A stretch of 38,362 nt of DNA from Atractiella rhizophila (Eukaryota): contig MU271622.1 in assembly GCA_021432655.1 (NCBI GenBank), positions 1-38,362 of the forward strand, in the 5' to 3' direction. A model generated the notes under the pieces. It saw only the letters and a list, made by a program, of their open reading frames with translations. It was not told the origin of the DNA and ran no database searches. Numbering within the stretch: the stretch's first letter is position 1; every line of letters starts with the position of its first letter. Positions 1 to 12,692 of this stretch are shown one piece after another. A program made the translations under genes and the position numbers.

Positions 1-3000
1 GGTCAACATAACAGAAATGAGTAGAACACGACCTGTCCACAAACAACATAAGACGAAACTCTTGCATAATAATTTGAAACCATACGCGACGGGACAAGAC
101 ACTGCAGGCTACCGTTAGCTTTGAGAAAAGAGAGGATGGAACGGCATACTGTGATTGCATCCTTCGACCTTCTCCACATTCGTAGCACAGGCTGTTGTGA
201 ACTATCAGGATCAAAAAGGGTTTGGGTAGGGGGATATCGCACTTGGACACCGTTTCCAGCCCATAGTTTTCATCAAACTCTCCAGATCTTTCGCTCCGCA
301 CTCATGTTCCTCATTCATAGCACTGAGCCTCGCATGACACTGACCACACCAAAAGTACCCGCATCCAACGGGACAACCGTGTTTCTTTGCCTCCAGAAAC
401 TGATCTCGATCGACCAAAGCTTCCCGCTTACATCTATCCTTTTCTTAGCTATCCGCTGCATGACCAGGAGGGAAAGGCTCACGAGGGACATTTTAGAGGG
501 ATGGCGAAGAAAGAGAGTTCCAATTCGTCCCACTTTGACACATCCTCCTCAGTCTGAAACAGTATCTCCGCTTCATTCTTCATGAGCGAGAGCGCGCATC
601 CACTCGCAGGACAAAGGATAGGGAACTGGCTTCCCCTCAGAGAAGACGTGAGGTATTTGTAGAAGCATTCCCGACAAGTCTTGTGTTTACACTTGATGTC
701 CAAACCAAGGTCGTCCAAAGACTGCTCTTCAAAGCAAATGTTACATTCGAATGTCGTTGGAGGTGGTGGGACGTAAGAATACGGAGAACGCTGGCGTTCG
801 AAGGATGATACTGCGCCAACATCAACCAGAGGCAGGAGGGGGTGGAAGGAATTTGAAGCTGAATGGCTAGCTGTGGATTGTGGAGACACGGCCCAAGGTT
901 TAGGAATGGGTCGCGAAGGGGGATACCTCGCTGAAGAAGGACCAGGGATCGGCTGGGAGGTCGGAGGTGCTGGTGGTGCAGTTGTTGAGTTGACGGATGT
1001 TGAAGCTGAGGTCCCTTGAATGGAATGAGGGGTATGAGCTGATTCCATGGAAATGGTACTCGGGGGGCGAGGATTAGAAGCTGATGAACGCGACGGCGCG
1101 GGACTCGTCGACTCCGTTGAAATCCTGCTGCTGCCCTCATGAGACTGATGACCTGGTCCTGGGCCCGCCTTGGGAAATCTGACAGAGGTCACAGAATTGT
1201 TCCTTCCCAGCATAACGACTGTATCTTTCTTGTCCGACCTCCTCCTCCCCAGCCCAAACGTATCAATGATGCTTCCACTTGTCCTTTTCTCCTTCTCCTT
1301 CTCCTTCTCCTTCTCCTTGTCTCTCTCCTTCTTCTCTGCCTTAAACTTATCCAACCTCTCCTGCTGTTCAATAATAGCCAACACGTCGAACCCTCCTCCA
1401 AATCCCCTAACCTGAGGTTTCGGTTTCGGTTTCGGTGGTGGTGAGGGCCTCCAAACATTCACCGGTTTCTGCCCATGCGGTTGGACGCTTTCAGACTGGA
1501 TCCTCAGCTCCTCCAGTTGGTTTCTTTCTTTCTCCCGATATCCATCCAACAGCCCATTCATGTCGTCCAATCGCCTGTTCAATCGTTCGACCTCCGTCGC
1601 ACGCTCCGACTTGAGCTCCTGCAGATCCATCCGCGCCTGTAACGCTTCACAATTCGCAGCGAAGACCTCCGCCTTGTCCTCAGCCGTTGTTTTAAAGGAA
1701 GACCAATGTTGTTTCCCATTTTCCAAGGGTTTGGCTCCGAAAGACTGAAGCGACAGGTTGAATAAGAGCTCTGCTTGCCAGCCTATCTCTTCGTCTCCTG
1801 CATTCGGGGACAGGGTGGGGAACAGGTTGTTGAGATAACCCACGGCAGAGGGAATGGAGGAAAAGACTAGAAAGGCGGCGCCGGTATGGGTGGGACGAGG
1901 GTGGGAGTCAAATAGGACGATGGAGTGGTCGGAAAGATAGCACAGGAGTATGATCTCTGGCGGACGAGTGACGATAACTGCTGTGTTGGGAGAAGAGCTC
2001 ATCTCCCTTTAGTCGAAACACATGTTTTCGAGAGGCTCAGAATAGATCGTGAGGGAGGATGGATAAACGTACGAGAGGATGTCCTCGAACGAATCGTCCG
2101 TTTTCGTCATCACCTCCTCTCCTTCTGTCTGCACAAGTGAGCGTTGGAAGAGGGGCATGGAAGAATGGATCATGTCTATATCCAAGTGTTTCTCCGACGT
2201 CCAAAATGCGCAGATATCCAAAATACCCTGTCCATCAATCAATGATGAGCCATCTGCTCTACGCCTATGAAGAGGGACGAACGTCAAGCAGCGGACCATC
2301 GATTTCATTTCCACCCAACTTCCTCGTCAATATCTCCCGTGCAGCATTCATACTTGCCAATCCACAAGCCGACATTCCACCTAGCGAATACTGGCTCCTC
2401 TCGCTCGTAATGATCCTCACATCCTCCCCCGTCAAATCCTCATCCTTCGCCCTACCCTTTCCCTTATCTTTAGCCAACAGTCCATGGCCAGCCTCACTAT
2501 CGCTCATTCCCTCTCCGACAAATGTCATCCACTCTCTCATATTCGGAGTCGCAGCACCACCGCCCGATTCCTTCCTCCCTACATCCGTACCTTTCCTCCC
2601 CTGACCCTGAACCGGCGGAGGACTCGGCCCCAATCTCCCACCTTTCACCTCCTCCTCCGGAGACCCCAACGTCGCATAACCCGCCAAAGTAGCATCGTCC
2701 ACACTCTCCCCGCTGTCGATGCGTGCATGCAACCGTGGTGGCCGCGCAGGTCCATGTGTGGGCGGCGCGGCGCGTAAGGAGGGAGGGGAGTCGGGAGGAG
2801 GGGACAGCAGAGGGGGGACTTCTTCGGGACTCGAATCGCTGGCGGTTGTCGAGGGTTGTTGCTGCGACATGGACATGGATGGGGGCTTGGGAGGGAGCGG
2901 TGGACGGGTCACTTGGGATGTTGTGGGAGCCGTCGGTGTTCGTTGACGGGAAGGAAAAGAGCCTGGAAGGGGTGGGAGGAATGGTGTGGGACTTTGACCC

Positions 3001-4090
3001 AGGCCGTTGGGTGGCGGATGAGTTGATAGATCCTCTTGAGGAAGATAGTAGAATCCGGTAGGTTGTGATGGGTCGGAATAAACGCCCAACGGTTCGGAAT
3101 GGTGATGTTGAAGCAAAGGAGCTTGATAAGGAGAAGTTGGATGAGGATATTGTTGAGGATGAGGTGTTTGCTGGTGCGTCGTCGCAGAGTGGGACGCGGA
3201 GGACGATTCAGACGCATATCGTCTGCTGAAAGGGAGAGGCATCGTGTTATTTCTCGGAAGTTGGGGTTGCTGTTGCCGTGAAGAGTTTGGCGGTCTGGCA
3301 GGGATCGGAAGTGGAGGCGGGTCTGGGTTTGTCAGAAGGAGCCGCCTTTTCCCTTCTTCGGGAGAGGAGGATGGTGTTTCTCGTGGAGGACGGGAGCTGG
3401 ATATCCTTGGAGGACGAGGGAGAGGTCGATATCCCGGATAATCTCTTCTCGCGTTCGCGTACGCGTGCGTGGTAGGCGTGATAGTCGAATATCTCCTCTG
3501 GGATTGGGCCGGAGGGGAGAAAGTGTCTTTCCTTGCTCGGAGGCTGAAGGATTGGGAATACGGCCTCGCAGTATCTTTTGAGCTCGAACTAGGGATATTG
3601 AATTGGGCACGGTGTCGACGTGCGGCGAGGAGCTTATCGTACGTCACTTGTAAACGGTCGATGTTCTGTGAACATTTGATTCCAATCAGCCCTCATTATG
3701 TGTGGAACGAGGTGGACGAGCGGTGCAAGCACAAGGGGATAAAGGAGGATAAAGGATAGACATACGTGACAGAAAGCAGCGTAATCCTGCTGATTCGTTC
3801 GCGCGTCTGGCCGCGCTTTCAGGGCGTCTCTAAGCCTTCAGTCCAACCATTTCAGCACTCTGCGATCCTCAACCACCTTCCGAGTAGGAAGAGTTAACCA
3901 TAAAGGAAGGGGCATACCGAATGGCTTTCGCAATGCTCAAGAAGGCTTGCTCTTGGTCCTCAGGTCCACCTTTTGCTGCAGCCTCGACTCCGAGTTGCAC
4001 GAGCTTGTTTCCGACCTGCACCCAGTGAGGGAGTGGGTAGGCGTGTATGTCGTTTCTGAGCCTGTCTTCGAAGGCTGATAATGCCTCCAT
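1..4090 (-). CDS. RBR (RING1-IBR-RING2) E3 ubiquitin ligase with N-terminal USP8-dimer/MIT-like helical domain, Pro-rich linkers and a tegument-like cysteine protease domain; multi-exon, 3' end runs off the window
   Basis: ATG at 4090. Spliced ORFs 3869-4090, 2265-3647, 2009-2314, 479-2002 and 211-417 join via GT..AG introns. RING1 CNIC..CKHKTCREC..CPASGC; IBR CP..C..CPVGCGYFWCGQCH..HEC; RING2 KRCP/CATNVEKVEGCNHMSCPVASCSTHFCY with the catalytic GCNH motif. Confidence 0.88.
1286..1318. repeat. (TTCTCC)n hexamer microsatellite encoding a Lys-Glu run
   Basis: ttctccttctccttctccttctccttctcc; reads as KEKEKEKEK in the minus-strand ORF 479-2002. Confidence 0.85.
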
Positions 4091-4562
4091 ACCGAAGGCG
4101 AAGAGGAGGAGAATTTATGCGATTTGACAGGTATTCTTGTTAGAGAACGTGTTTCGATCGATCGGTCTCGACTGGACGGGAGAGGGGAGAGTGGGTCGTG
4201 CGAGTGACCAGACGTGAGAGACTCGACCCCGTAGATGTCGTTTCTTTCCGGTGCCTTGTCGTCGTCGCTGCTCCCAGAATCCAGAAAAATATGAACAAGG
4301 TCCAAGTTTCGACGGCCATTGCTGTGTTGTCCTGGTGTTGTTTGTTCATGTTCGCGTATGAAATCAAATTCACTCCGCCCTGTCATAGTTCGGGGCGTTC
4401 TTTGGCAGCCACGTCCACAACTTTGGCTGCTTAGAATCGGCAAACAACGAAGAAGTGCAAGAGGTCCATGACAAGGGCGATAGAACAAGCTCTTAGACTT
4501 CGTACATAACACTCTGCGACTGATTCTTACTACTTTACCACCCACGAATCGATAAAATCCCA

Positions 4563-6828
4563 ATGACCGCTTCAACCGGCTCAAAGGCACACGATTCGAT
4601 GCTTACCGCTCGAAAAAGTAACAAGAACATCGCTTTGGACGTCGCTGACGCATTGGAGGGCGAGAAGGCTCCTTTCCTAGCTGGAGATGGAAAGGAAGTC
4701 GAAGTGGAGGTGGAGAGCGAGGGACTGTCAGCAAGAGAAAAGAAGGCTATGGGATTGTTGATCGTTCTTTGTGCGTTTCTTCGCTCCCGCTTTAACTGGG
4801 TAGAACTGGGTCTGAGTGTGCGTGTAAAGATCTCCTGCAAGGAATTCCAGTCGGTCTGGCTTTCGGCAGCGTTCCGTTCCTGCTCAGAGCAAGACTGTCA
4901 TACTCACAAATCGGCTTCTTCTCCTTCTGCACCTACCCCTACTCCCTCAAACTCCTATGGTCTCCTATTGTCGACTCTTTCTTTATCAAGAGCGTAGGAA
5001 GGAGAAAGAGCTGGATTATACCCGTTCAGCTCATTGTCGGAGCATGTTTGTTGTGGGCGAGCAAAAATGTCGAGGCATTGATTGATCAGGTGCGTGTCTC
5101 TCTGGTTTGTCATTGAAGTTTTATTGAGGAATCGGTTTCAGGAAACGCCAGATGTGAAAACCATTACTTGGCTCTTTCTTATCCTTGTTTTCTTTGCCGC
5201 AACCCAAGGTCTGTCCAGCTCCTTACTCTCGCATAATAATAAGTCTTCTCACCAATGAACTTGCAGACATAGCAGTAGACGGCTGGGCGCTCGAGCTGCT
5301 CGACCGTCCCAATCTCTCCTACGCCTCCACAGCTCAGACCATCGGCTTGAACATTGGCTATTTCCTCTCCTTCACCGTCTTCCTCGCTTTCAACAGCGTC
5401 GAATTCTCCAACAAATACTTTCGTCCCTCCTCTGCACCGCTCGATTACCCATTACTCTCCCTCCCTGCTTACCTCCATTTTTGGGCTTACGGGTTTTGGA
5501 TCGTCACGGCTTATTTGGCGTTCTTTCAGGCTGAGGTAAATGTTCTCGCTGTCGATTGCTTTGGATGAGCATCCACTTTTATTCATGACTGACTGGCGTG
5601 GGTACAGGCGCCTCCGCATGAAGAGAGCGATGACATGGATGTGAAGAAGGTATACAGCATCATGTACAAAATAATCAAACTCAAACGTCCGTCATCCCTC
5701 GTCACCTCTTCACAATTGAATTAGTAATGACTTGTGACGAACAGACGTCCAAGCCCTCCTCCTCCTCCATTTCATTTCGAAACTCGGAATCGCGGCACAC
5801 GAAGCGGCCACCTCGCTCAAATTCCTGGAAAAGGGGATCAAGAAGGAAGACCTCGCATTGGCCGTCTTGATAGACTTTCCGCTCCAGATATATTTGGGCT
5901 ACCAAGTAGGCAAACAGACGAGGGGGATGGGGAGTGCTTTGACTCCGGTAAGTTCCGCTTTCATAGGTGTAATGCTTCACAATGAAGATTGAGAGAACTG
6001 ACGGTTTTGATGCGGATAGTGGGTGTGGTCTCAATGGGCTCGTCTGGTCTGGGCGGGATTGTTTATGATCGAGATCCTGAGTATACCAAAAGATGGATCG
6101 GGAAACATTGGACTGCCTTTCTTCATCATCATCATCCTTTCCACCATTGGATCCAGCTTCGTAGGGTCCGTTGTTTGTCCTTTCCTCCTGAGCAGTAACA
6201 CAAAGACTGATGGTCGCCATGAATGTTGGTCGTTCAGAACCGTCAATTTCGTGGGCATCTCTGCATTTCATACCCAGATTTCAGACCCTCTCATCGGCGG
6301 AACATACATGACCGTACGTGCCTTTCCTATCCTTTGATCTGTTAGTTGACGTTGTGGATGATGCAGCTGCTGAACACGGTCTCTAACCTGGGAGGTACTT
6401 GGCCTAGATATTTCGTCTTGAGAGCAATAGACGCGGTCACAATCGCGACCTGTCACGTAGAAGAGAAGCACCTGTTCACCGCGAACGTGGAGAAGAATGT
6501 CCCAGGTCCGTTCTCCTCCATATCGACGACTTGCTGACTCAACTTCGGTGTGTGTATTAGCGGAAGAATGCTTCTCGGAGCGAGGGAAGGAACAGTGCGC
6601 CGCCATCGGTGGAACTTGTGTCGTAGAGAGGGACGGATATTATGCCGTCTCGTGCGTATGCATCGCGATCGGATGTGCGTTGCTCTTGTTTATCATCCAG
6701 CCGGCAGCGAAGAGGTTGCAAGGTCCGTTCCCTCATCTATTTCCTTATTGAGTGAAGATCTGACGGATGTATTTGATTGGATAGCCCTACCACCGAGCGC
6801 TTGGAGGGTCAAAATGCATGAAAAGTAG
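4563..6828 (+). CDS. Acetyl-CoA transporter (AT-1/SLC33A1-like MFS), multi-exon
   Basis: Spliced motifs LQGIPVGLAFG, YPYSLKLLWSPIVD, RRKSWIIPVQ, ATQ/DIAVDGWAL, YASTAQTIGLNIGYFLS, DPLIGGTYMT/LLNTVSNLGGTWP, DGYY; ends LPPSAWRVKMHEK*. Confidence 0.92.
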
Positions 6829-7204
6829 CATTGCAAGCATTGTTTACTGTTCCGTGTAGATTTCTTGGGAATGTGGCATATCTATTGCATTTCATTTGTT
6901 GAATCAAGAACTCTAATTCCCTTACATTTGAGAAAGGAAACTGATCGAGTACTGATCCCCAATGCAAGAGGTAAAGACAATCTTATCACGTGCTCCGTTC
7001 CGTCACACGTTCGCTTGATGCCCTGAACTGAACAATTGCAACGACCTCCGTTTCCTTTAGCTAGGTCATCAGCTCGCCAGACGAAGGTTTATCCGAGTAT
7101 CCATCTGCAACGCAGCTTTCCCGTCAGCTCTAGCTCAAGTTCAACCATTTCCTCCCTGACTCTTTGCAAGCTCAAGCCGGGCACAGCATAAGTTAGAACA
7201 TGGA

Positions 7205-9420
7205 ATGAGCGTTCGAACGTCTCTTGAACTCGAAGAAATGGCCAGAGAGGAATCTACCCTGGCAGGACTTGGATATGGGGCTGATGAGGAGTCGAACGAG
7301 AGGGACAGGTTGTTAGGGGATGAAGAAGGGGACTCGGACATATTGGATGGGGAGCATTTTGAACACGTTACGCCTTTGGAGGAGCAGGCATTCAAGAGGA
7401 AAAAGAAGGGGTACTATGTCTATTCTACCAGTCTCATTGTGCGTCTTCCTTTGCCATATTGCTCTCATAGAGAAATCTGACTTCATGCAACAACGAAGGT
7501 ATTCGATCAAATCGCCGTCGTCCTCTTCTTACCCCTCGTTTTGGAGGCACTCGCCAAATCCAAAGGCTTCTTAGCGCCAGACCACACCATTCCCTGCATT
7601 CAAGATCCTTCAAGCAACCCCTCCCCGCCTACAGACCCACATCTTCCACCAACAAAGCATCCCCGGTGCTCAGTATGGCTATTCGGCACTTGGATTGACA
7701 CAGCGAGCGTCAGCCTCCTTGTTTCCTCCACAGCTATGCTTCTCGGCGCGTTCTTCGTCATTGGGCTCACTAGGAAGGCGGGTAAAAACCCGTCAGTGGC
7801 CTCTCAGGTAGCTGTTTCGAAGCACTGATTGTTGGGGCAGAATCCCGTACGGTTCTAACCGCTACTACGCTTGTTGGATCAGCCGCTGCGGTCCTCATTC
7901 TCATAGTCCCTCTCGAATCTAGAATATGGTGGTTTGCTGCTCCCCTCAATGTAACAACCAACGTGTGTTACTCCATTTGTGGCGTAGTCTTTGGATCGCA
8001 TCTCGGTAAACTCTTCTTTCCCTTCGCAACCGCGCTGGTGTCGCTCATTTCTTTTGTCGGTGAAGTGGCATTGGGGAGGACGGCAGAACGAATTGAAGAG
8101 GAGCAAGGAGGCAGAAAATCTCCGACAGCTGAGACTGTAGCAGAAGTCAGAAAGGCTTCACCAACTTCTCATATTGCTTCCAGGGCATTTGCATTCGGGT
8201 ACTTCGCAGGGACGGCTTGTGAGCCTTAGCAATAGTGATGGAGGTATACACTGACCGCAGAGGATAGCGCTTCTTGCTATGCTTGCTCTCGTGTGGGCAA
8301 CTGGGGCCACCACTCTCTCCAGCCGCCTGGCCACAGCGATTTCTGGGCTGTATTGGGCAGGCGTTGGCACAGGTCAGTCGCCATGTTGGCCAGCGCGACA
8401 TTGCTCATGGACTGCTAGTTGGAAGCACTCTCTTGTATGGACCGTCGTCCAAGGTAGACCATGAGGCAGATGAGAGGCACTGGACTGAAGGCTTTCGAAC
8501 GGTCTGGGAGATGATCAAATGCGCTCCCGACTTGCAAGACACATTTGTCTACCTCATTTGCTGGATCCTGTTCTCGGACGGCTTTTCCACTTTCGGTAAC
8601 TACCTCTTCTCATTCTCTCTTCCACGTCATTGCCGGAGTCTCATTCATTATCGTCGTTCGTTCTAGGCGCCGCTGCTATCTTGTTTGGCCGCACAACCCT
8701 CGGCCTTTCTTCCTCCGCTTTGACTTTAGTAGCCTTGATTGTCCCCATCTTTGCAGTTATTGGCGCACTTGTTTGGAGACAGTTGCAGCATTCATATTGG
8801 AAATGCACGAATCGCGTTATGCTGCAACGAATCCTCTTCGCTGCTTCTCTTGTTCCCGCCTATGGTTTGTTTGGAGCAGTGGTAGAGAAGTATGGGTGGA
8901 GTTGGGGAGGAATCACGACTGCTTGGGAGCTGTACTTTTGTGCCGCTTTCTTTGGTGAGCTTCCTGGACTTGTGGAGGGGCTGAACTGAAGTATGCGCAG
9001 GATTTATTCTTGGAGGATACGAAGTTTATGCTAGGTTAGTATCCCTCAGTGATGGTCCCGTGTAGCAGTTCATACCCAAAACCAGAGCACTTCTTTCGGA
9101 ACTTATACCCGTCTCTCATGCGTCTCAGTTCTTTGGCATGTTCGCTATTACCTCCAAAGTGCATCTTTCTCCCCCGTCCCGGTCCCTCTGCTGTGTTTAC
9201 AAATGTTGCGCCTTAGTCGTCAGCTTTTATTGGTCCGCTATTTCTGTCGGTTATCACCACAAAGACCGGTAGCCTGCGACAAGGGTTTTGGTTTGTCCTC
9301 TTCACCTTCCTTCTCCCCACCGCCATTCTGCTCTTTGTCAACCCCGAAAGAGGGAGGAGAGAGGCGGACGCGTGGGGGGAGAAGAAGATGAGGGAGTTGG
9401 AGAGGCAGGAAAGGAGATAA
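7205..9420 (+). CDS. ATG22: Atg22-like vacuolar amino-acid effluxer (MFS), multi-exon
   Basis: GYYVYS..EVFDQIAVVLFLPLVLEALAKSKG, luminal C..RC..FGTWIDTASVSL, FVYLICWILFSDGFST, SELIP....SQFFGMFAITSK/SSAFIGP; C-terminal VNPERGRREA; stop TAA 9418-9420. Confidence 0.82.
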
Positions 9421-9991
9421 TGTCGCAGTAACCGTGGGAAACAACGGCGTGCAATGCAATAGGACTTGGGGATTCTTGAACTTGTGCGTTTTTCATTCCG
9501 TTTCTGAACTGCTTTTGCCACATTCTCCAAACCCTGCCCGTCAGTTCAGTGTTCCAGCTATGATGTGCCTGTCCCGTTGCTGTTTCTCGATTGGACCCCG
9601 TCGACGACTCCGTGATGGGAATGAATTACTTAGGATTTCTCCATCGAATTACTCCATTGTGACATAACATCCCATGCCCAACGAGCAACTTTGCTAGGGT
9701 GTTACTGTTCCATTCAATGTCCGATGAAAAAGACTAAATTATCTTGAGTTCAAGATGAGACCATCCTGTTTAAGACATTATAAGTTAAGGAATGTGAGCA
9801 AATCATGCGAATCACTTCCCGCATGTAGTTCTGGCTCCTTTGTATCACATTTCATAACCGTCCCTCGTTTTCCAATCTTGAAAGGACACAATTGGAGACA
9901 GTAGCATAATTCGACGGGTTGAGTGGGTTAGCGCCATTACATTTCCCTGTGGTGTATAATCCAAAAAGACGAAATATCTCATTGGCATTCC

Positions 9992-10260
9992 CATCTAACA
10001 TCATTCAGAATCCATAGACGCTCTTGAAGTCAGACCTCGTTCCCACGCAATGAACAGTGGATCCAACGGTAGCTTGCCAGAGGATATTTCCGCTGCATTC
10101 GCCTGCGCTGCCAAAGAACTGCAGCACATCTAACATCATTCAGAATCCATAGACGCTCTTGAAGTCAGACCTCGTTCCCACGCAATGAACAGTGGATCCA
10201 ACGGTAGCTTGCCAGAGGATATTTCCGCTGCATTCGCCTGCGCTGCCAAAGAACTGCAGC
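9992..10260. repeat. Exact 134-bp tandem duplication (9992-10125 and 10127-10260) separated by a single A
   Basis: catctaacatcattcagaatcc...gaactgcagc occurs twice; it copies the 3' half of the last exon of the small secreted protein gene. Confidence 0.95.
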
Positions 10261-10559
10261 GTCTTCGTTGCTGAGCTGGTGTAGGTGTGGCCCCATTTGG
10301 CGCCAATGGGAACACTCGCACATTGTCCTAGGGAGGCACAGTTAGTTTATTATCATTCAATCGACCGAAAGGTAAATTATAAACCTTCGACAACGGTGGT
10401 GCCCAAGTAGGTTCCTTGGTCACAATCGTTTCCGGTCCACCAAGCTACACTCCTATCAGAAGGTTGCTACGCAATTAATGAGAACAGCTCACTGATTTCG
10501 AGTTTGGCTGTCGCGAGAGTGGCAGAGAGGGCCGTGGCAACGATTGTGCTGAGTTTCAT
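10140..10559 (-). CDS. Small secreted 4-Cys protein (~105 aa), 3 exons, copy 1
   Basis: Spliced: MKLSTIVATALSATLATAKLEI/TWWTGNDCDQGTYLGTTVVE/GQCASVPIGAKWGHTYTSSATKTLQFFGSAGECSGNILWQATVGSTVHCVGTRSDFKSVYGF*. Signal peptide; TATA-like ATATAAAG near 10640; intron positions shared with the paralog at 22212. Confidence 0.88.
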
Positions 10560-11468
10560 GATATTTCTACCTCTGATTAGATGGCTACGAGTGTTAGGTG
10601 TCCCTGGGTGAAGTCTTAACTGCTGCAAAACAATCCCTTTATATGTCGCTTCTGCTACACGCACAACTTTACGATACACTGAACGTGAATACATGCCTCA
10701 CCATGGCCAAGTTGGACAACGAACGATGCTTCAGGAATGAAAGCTCGAGGAGAGATCTTACTGGTAGCGAAGGCGGCAAAGTCCGTTTCGCTGTGTGGGA
10801 GATTCGTGACCCGTCTAGAGATGTGCAGGAATATCTCAAAGGATCTTCATCAGTTTATTCCGCTCTACAGTATATCCCACCATCCGCCCCTCCCGAAAAC
10901 GTGTAGAGCCAGCAATTGCCGCACAGGGAGGCTAGAAGTACAGTTGTATCGGAGGGATTTGCAGGGGAAATGGATCAATATCTTAAAAGGATCTCCTGTA
11001 TGTGCAAAGGATCATACTCCCCAGCCGACAGTAATAAACCGGCTTGAACCTTGAAGCACATTCGCTTCGGATCTCATTGAAGATATCTCGCTGCCTTTGG
11101 TCGAATTCTGGCAACAACCATCTATGTCATGGTCGTTGGCACTTTGAACCTAGAGTAATGCCAACCCGAGGGCGACTGCCTGAGGCTAGCGGACACCACT
11201 GAAGTTTGACCCATGATAAATAGATGCCCCTCAAGTTAAATACTAGGTAGATTGGCAGATTCTGAAGACGAATAAAGCGGAAGTAGTACCGTAGTCTCCG
11301 CTCACTATGAATTACCACACGCGAGACGCAGCCGATCGGAGTCGATTGATCTTTCTGAGCAACGACCAACCCCTGTAGAACTTGATTCTTGAAGTAGAAA
11401 ACTACTGAGACACCGGAGGTGTCTATACTGTTGTTGTTATAGACTTGTACTATCTCTCCGTGGTGGCG

Positions 11469-12692
11469 ATGGATGTTGAGGTGCTATTACCAGCTTCCGA
11501 GTCGTCCATCAGTCCACTTGTCGACTTCGCTGCTGGGACACTAGGAGGTGAATTTTTCTGATTTCTTTAGCTGCCTTTCTCATGATGCCGTTCGATGCAG
11601 GGATAGCAGGTCTTGTAGTAGGACACCCTTTCGACACTGTCAAAGTGAAACTGCAATGTCAAACAGAGAAGGCTCTTCAGTATCGAAATGCTGTGGGACT
11701 GTTTTCAGAAGGTACTCAGATATGAAGGGGTTCGTTCCTTTTCTTCCTATTAGAACAAACCATGACGATTGTCTGAAAAGCACAGATGAACGGGTTGTAT
11801 AAAGGCATCGTACGAGCATTTCTTATAGATTTGATCATTTTCAGGGGCTGATTTATGGCGCAGGTTTCGCCATTGGTATATCTCCCTCCAAAATATCGTC
11901 GCATCTTACCAGGATTACAGGCTGGTGTCGCTTTAATGAACGCCTCCGTGTTTGGCTTTTATGGTCTCTTTCTTCGGCTTCAGTTACCAACAAATGATAC
12001 AACACCTACCCTGACGCAAGTTACAATTGCGGGAATGGCTTGTGGCCTAACGACATCGTACGCCTCTCTCCCTACACCATAATTCGCTCTGATCGTATCG
12101 AACGGAACAGCTTCATAACCTCCCCGATGGAACTCTTCAAAATCCTCCAACAATCCTCTCCACCCTCATCGACTACTCCCTCACTCCCTTCGCTGCTCTA
12201 TCAGCTGTTCCCTCGTCGAATGTGGCGCGGCCTCGGGGCAACGATGCTTCGAGACTTGGGCTACGGTCCTTACTTTCTGGCGTACGAAAGCGCCAGACGC
12301 ACCTTTGGTGAGGGCAAGGTCGAATTGCTTCTCGCTGGTGGATTTGCTGGCGTCGTGGGTTGGGCAGCAACATTCCCTATGGATGTGGTGAAGACGCGGA
12401 TCCAGTCATCACAACCTTACGTCTCCACTTCTAGAGCAGGCGATTCAGCTTCGCTACTGCCTCATGATAACAGTCAGGGTACAAAACAGTATCGCACTGT
12501 TCTCGGCACGATTGTGAGGAGTTACAAAGAAGAGGGATGGAGAGTTTTCTTTCGTGGATTGGGTGCGACGTTGCTCAGGAGTATACCTGTCAATATGGTC
12601 TGTCCATTGTTTGTTCATTCTAACTCTGACAAGAGGTACTACTGTAGGCAACTTTTGCTGTCTACGAGACTTGCATGGCATATTTTCGCTAG
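11469..12692 (+). CDS. Mitochondrial carrier family protein (SLC25A29/45/Ymc1-like), multi-exon, with an apparent +1 frameshift in exon 2
   Basis: Three PX[DE]XX[KR] repeats: HPFDTVKVKLQ, SPMELFKILQQ, FPMDVVKTRIQ; GLYKGI/VSPL (12-nt microexon 11864-11875)/AGVA; EEGWRVFFRGLGATLLRSIPVNM. Confidence 0.88.

Noticed and set aside
10598..11369. Several 80-105 aa ORFs between the secreted protein and the carrier
   Set aside because: No coherent splice model or homology; probably promoter/intergenic DNA.
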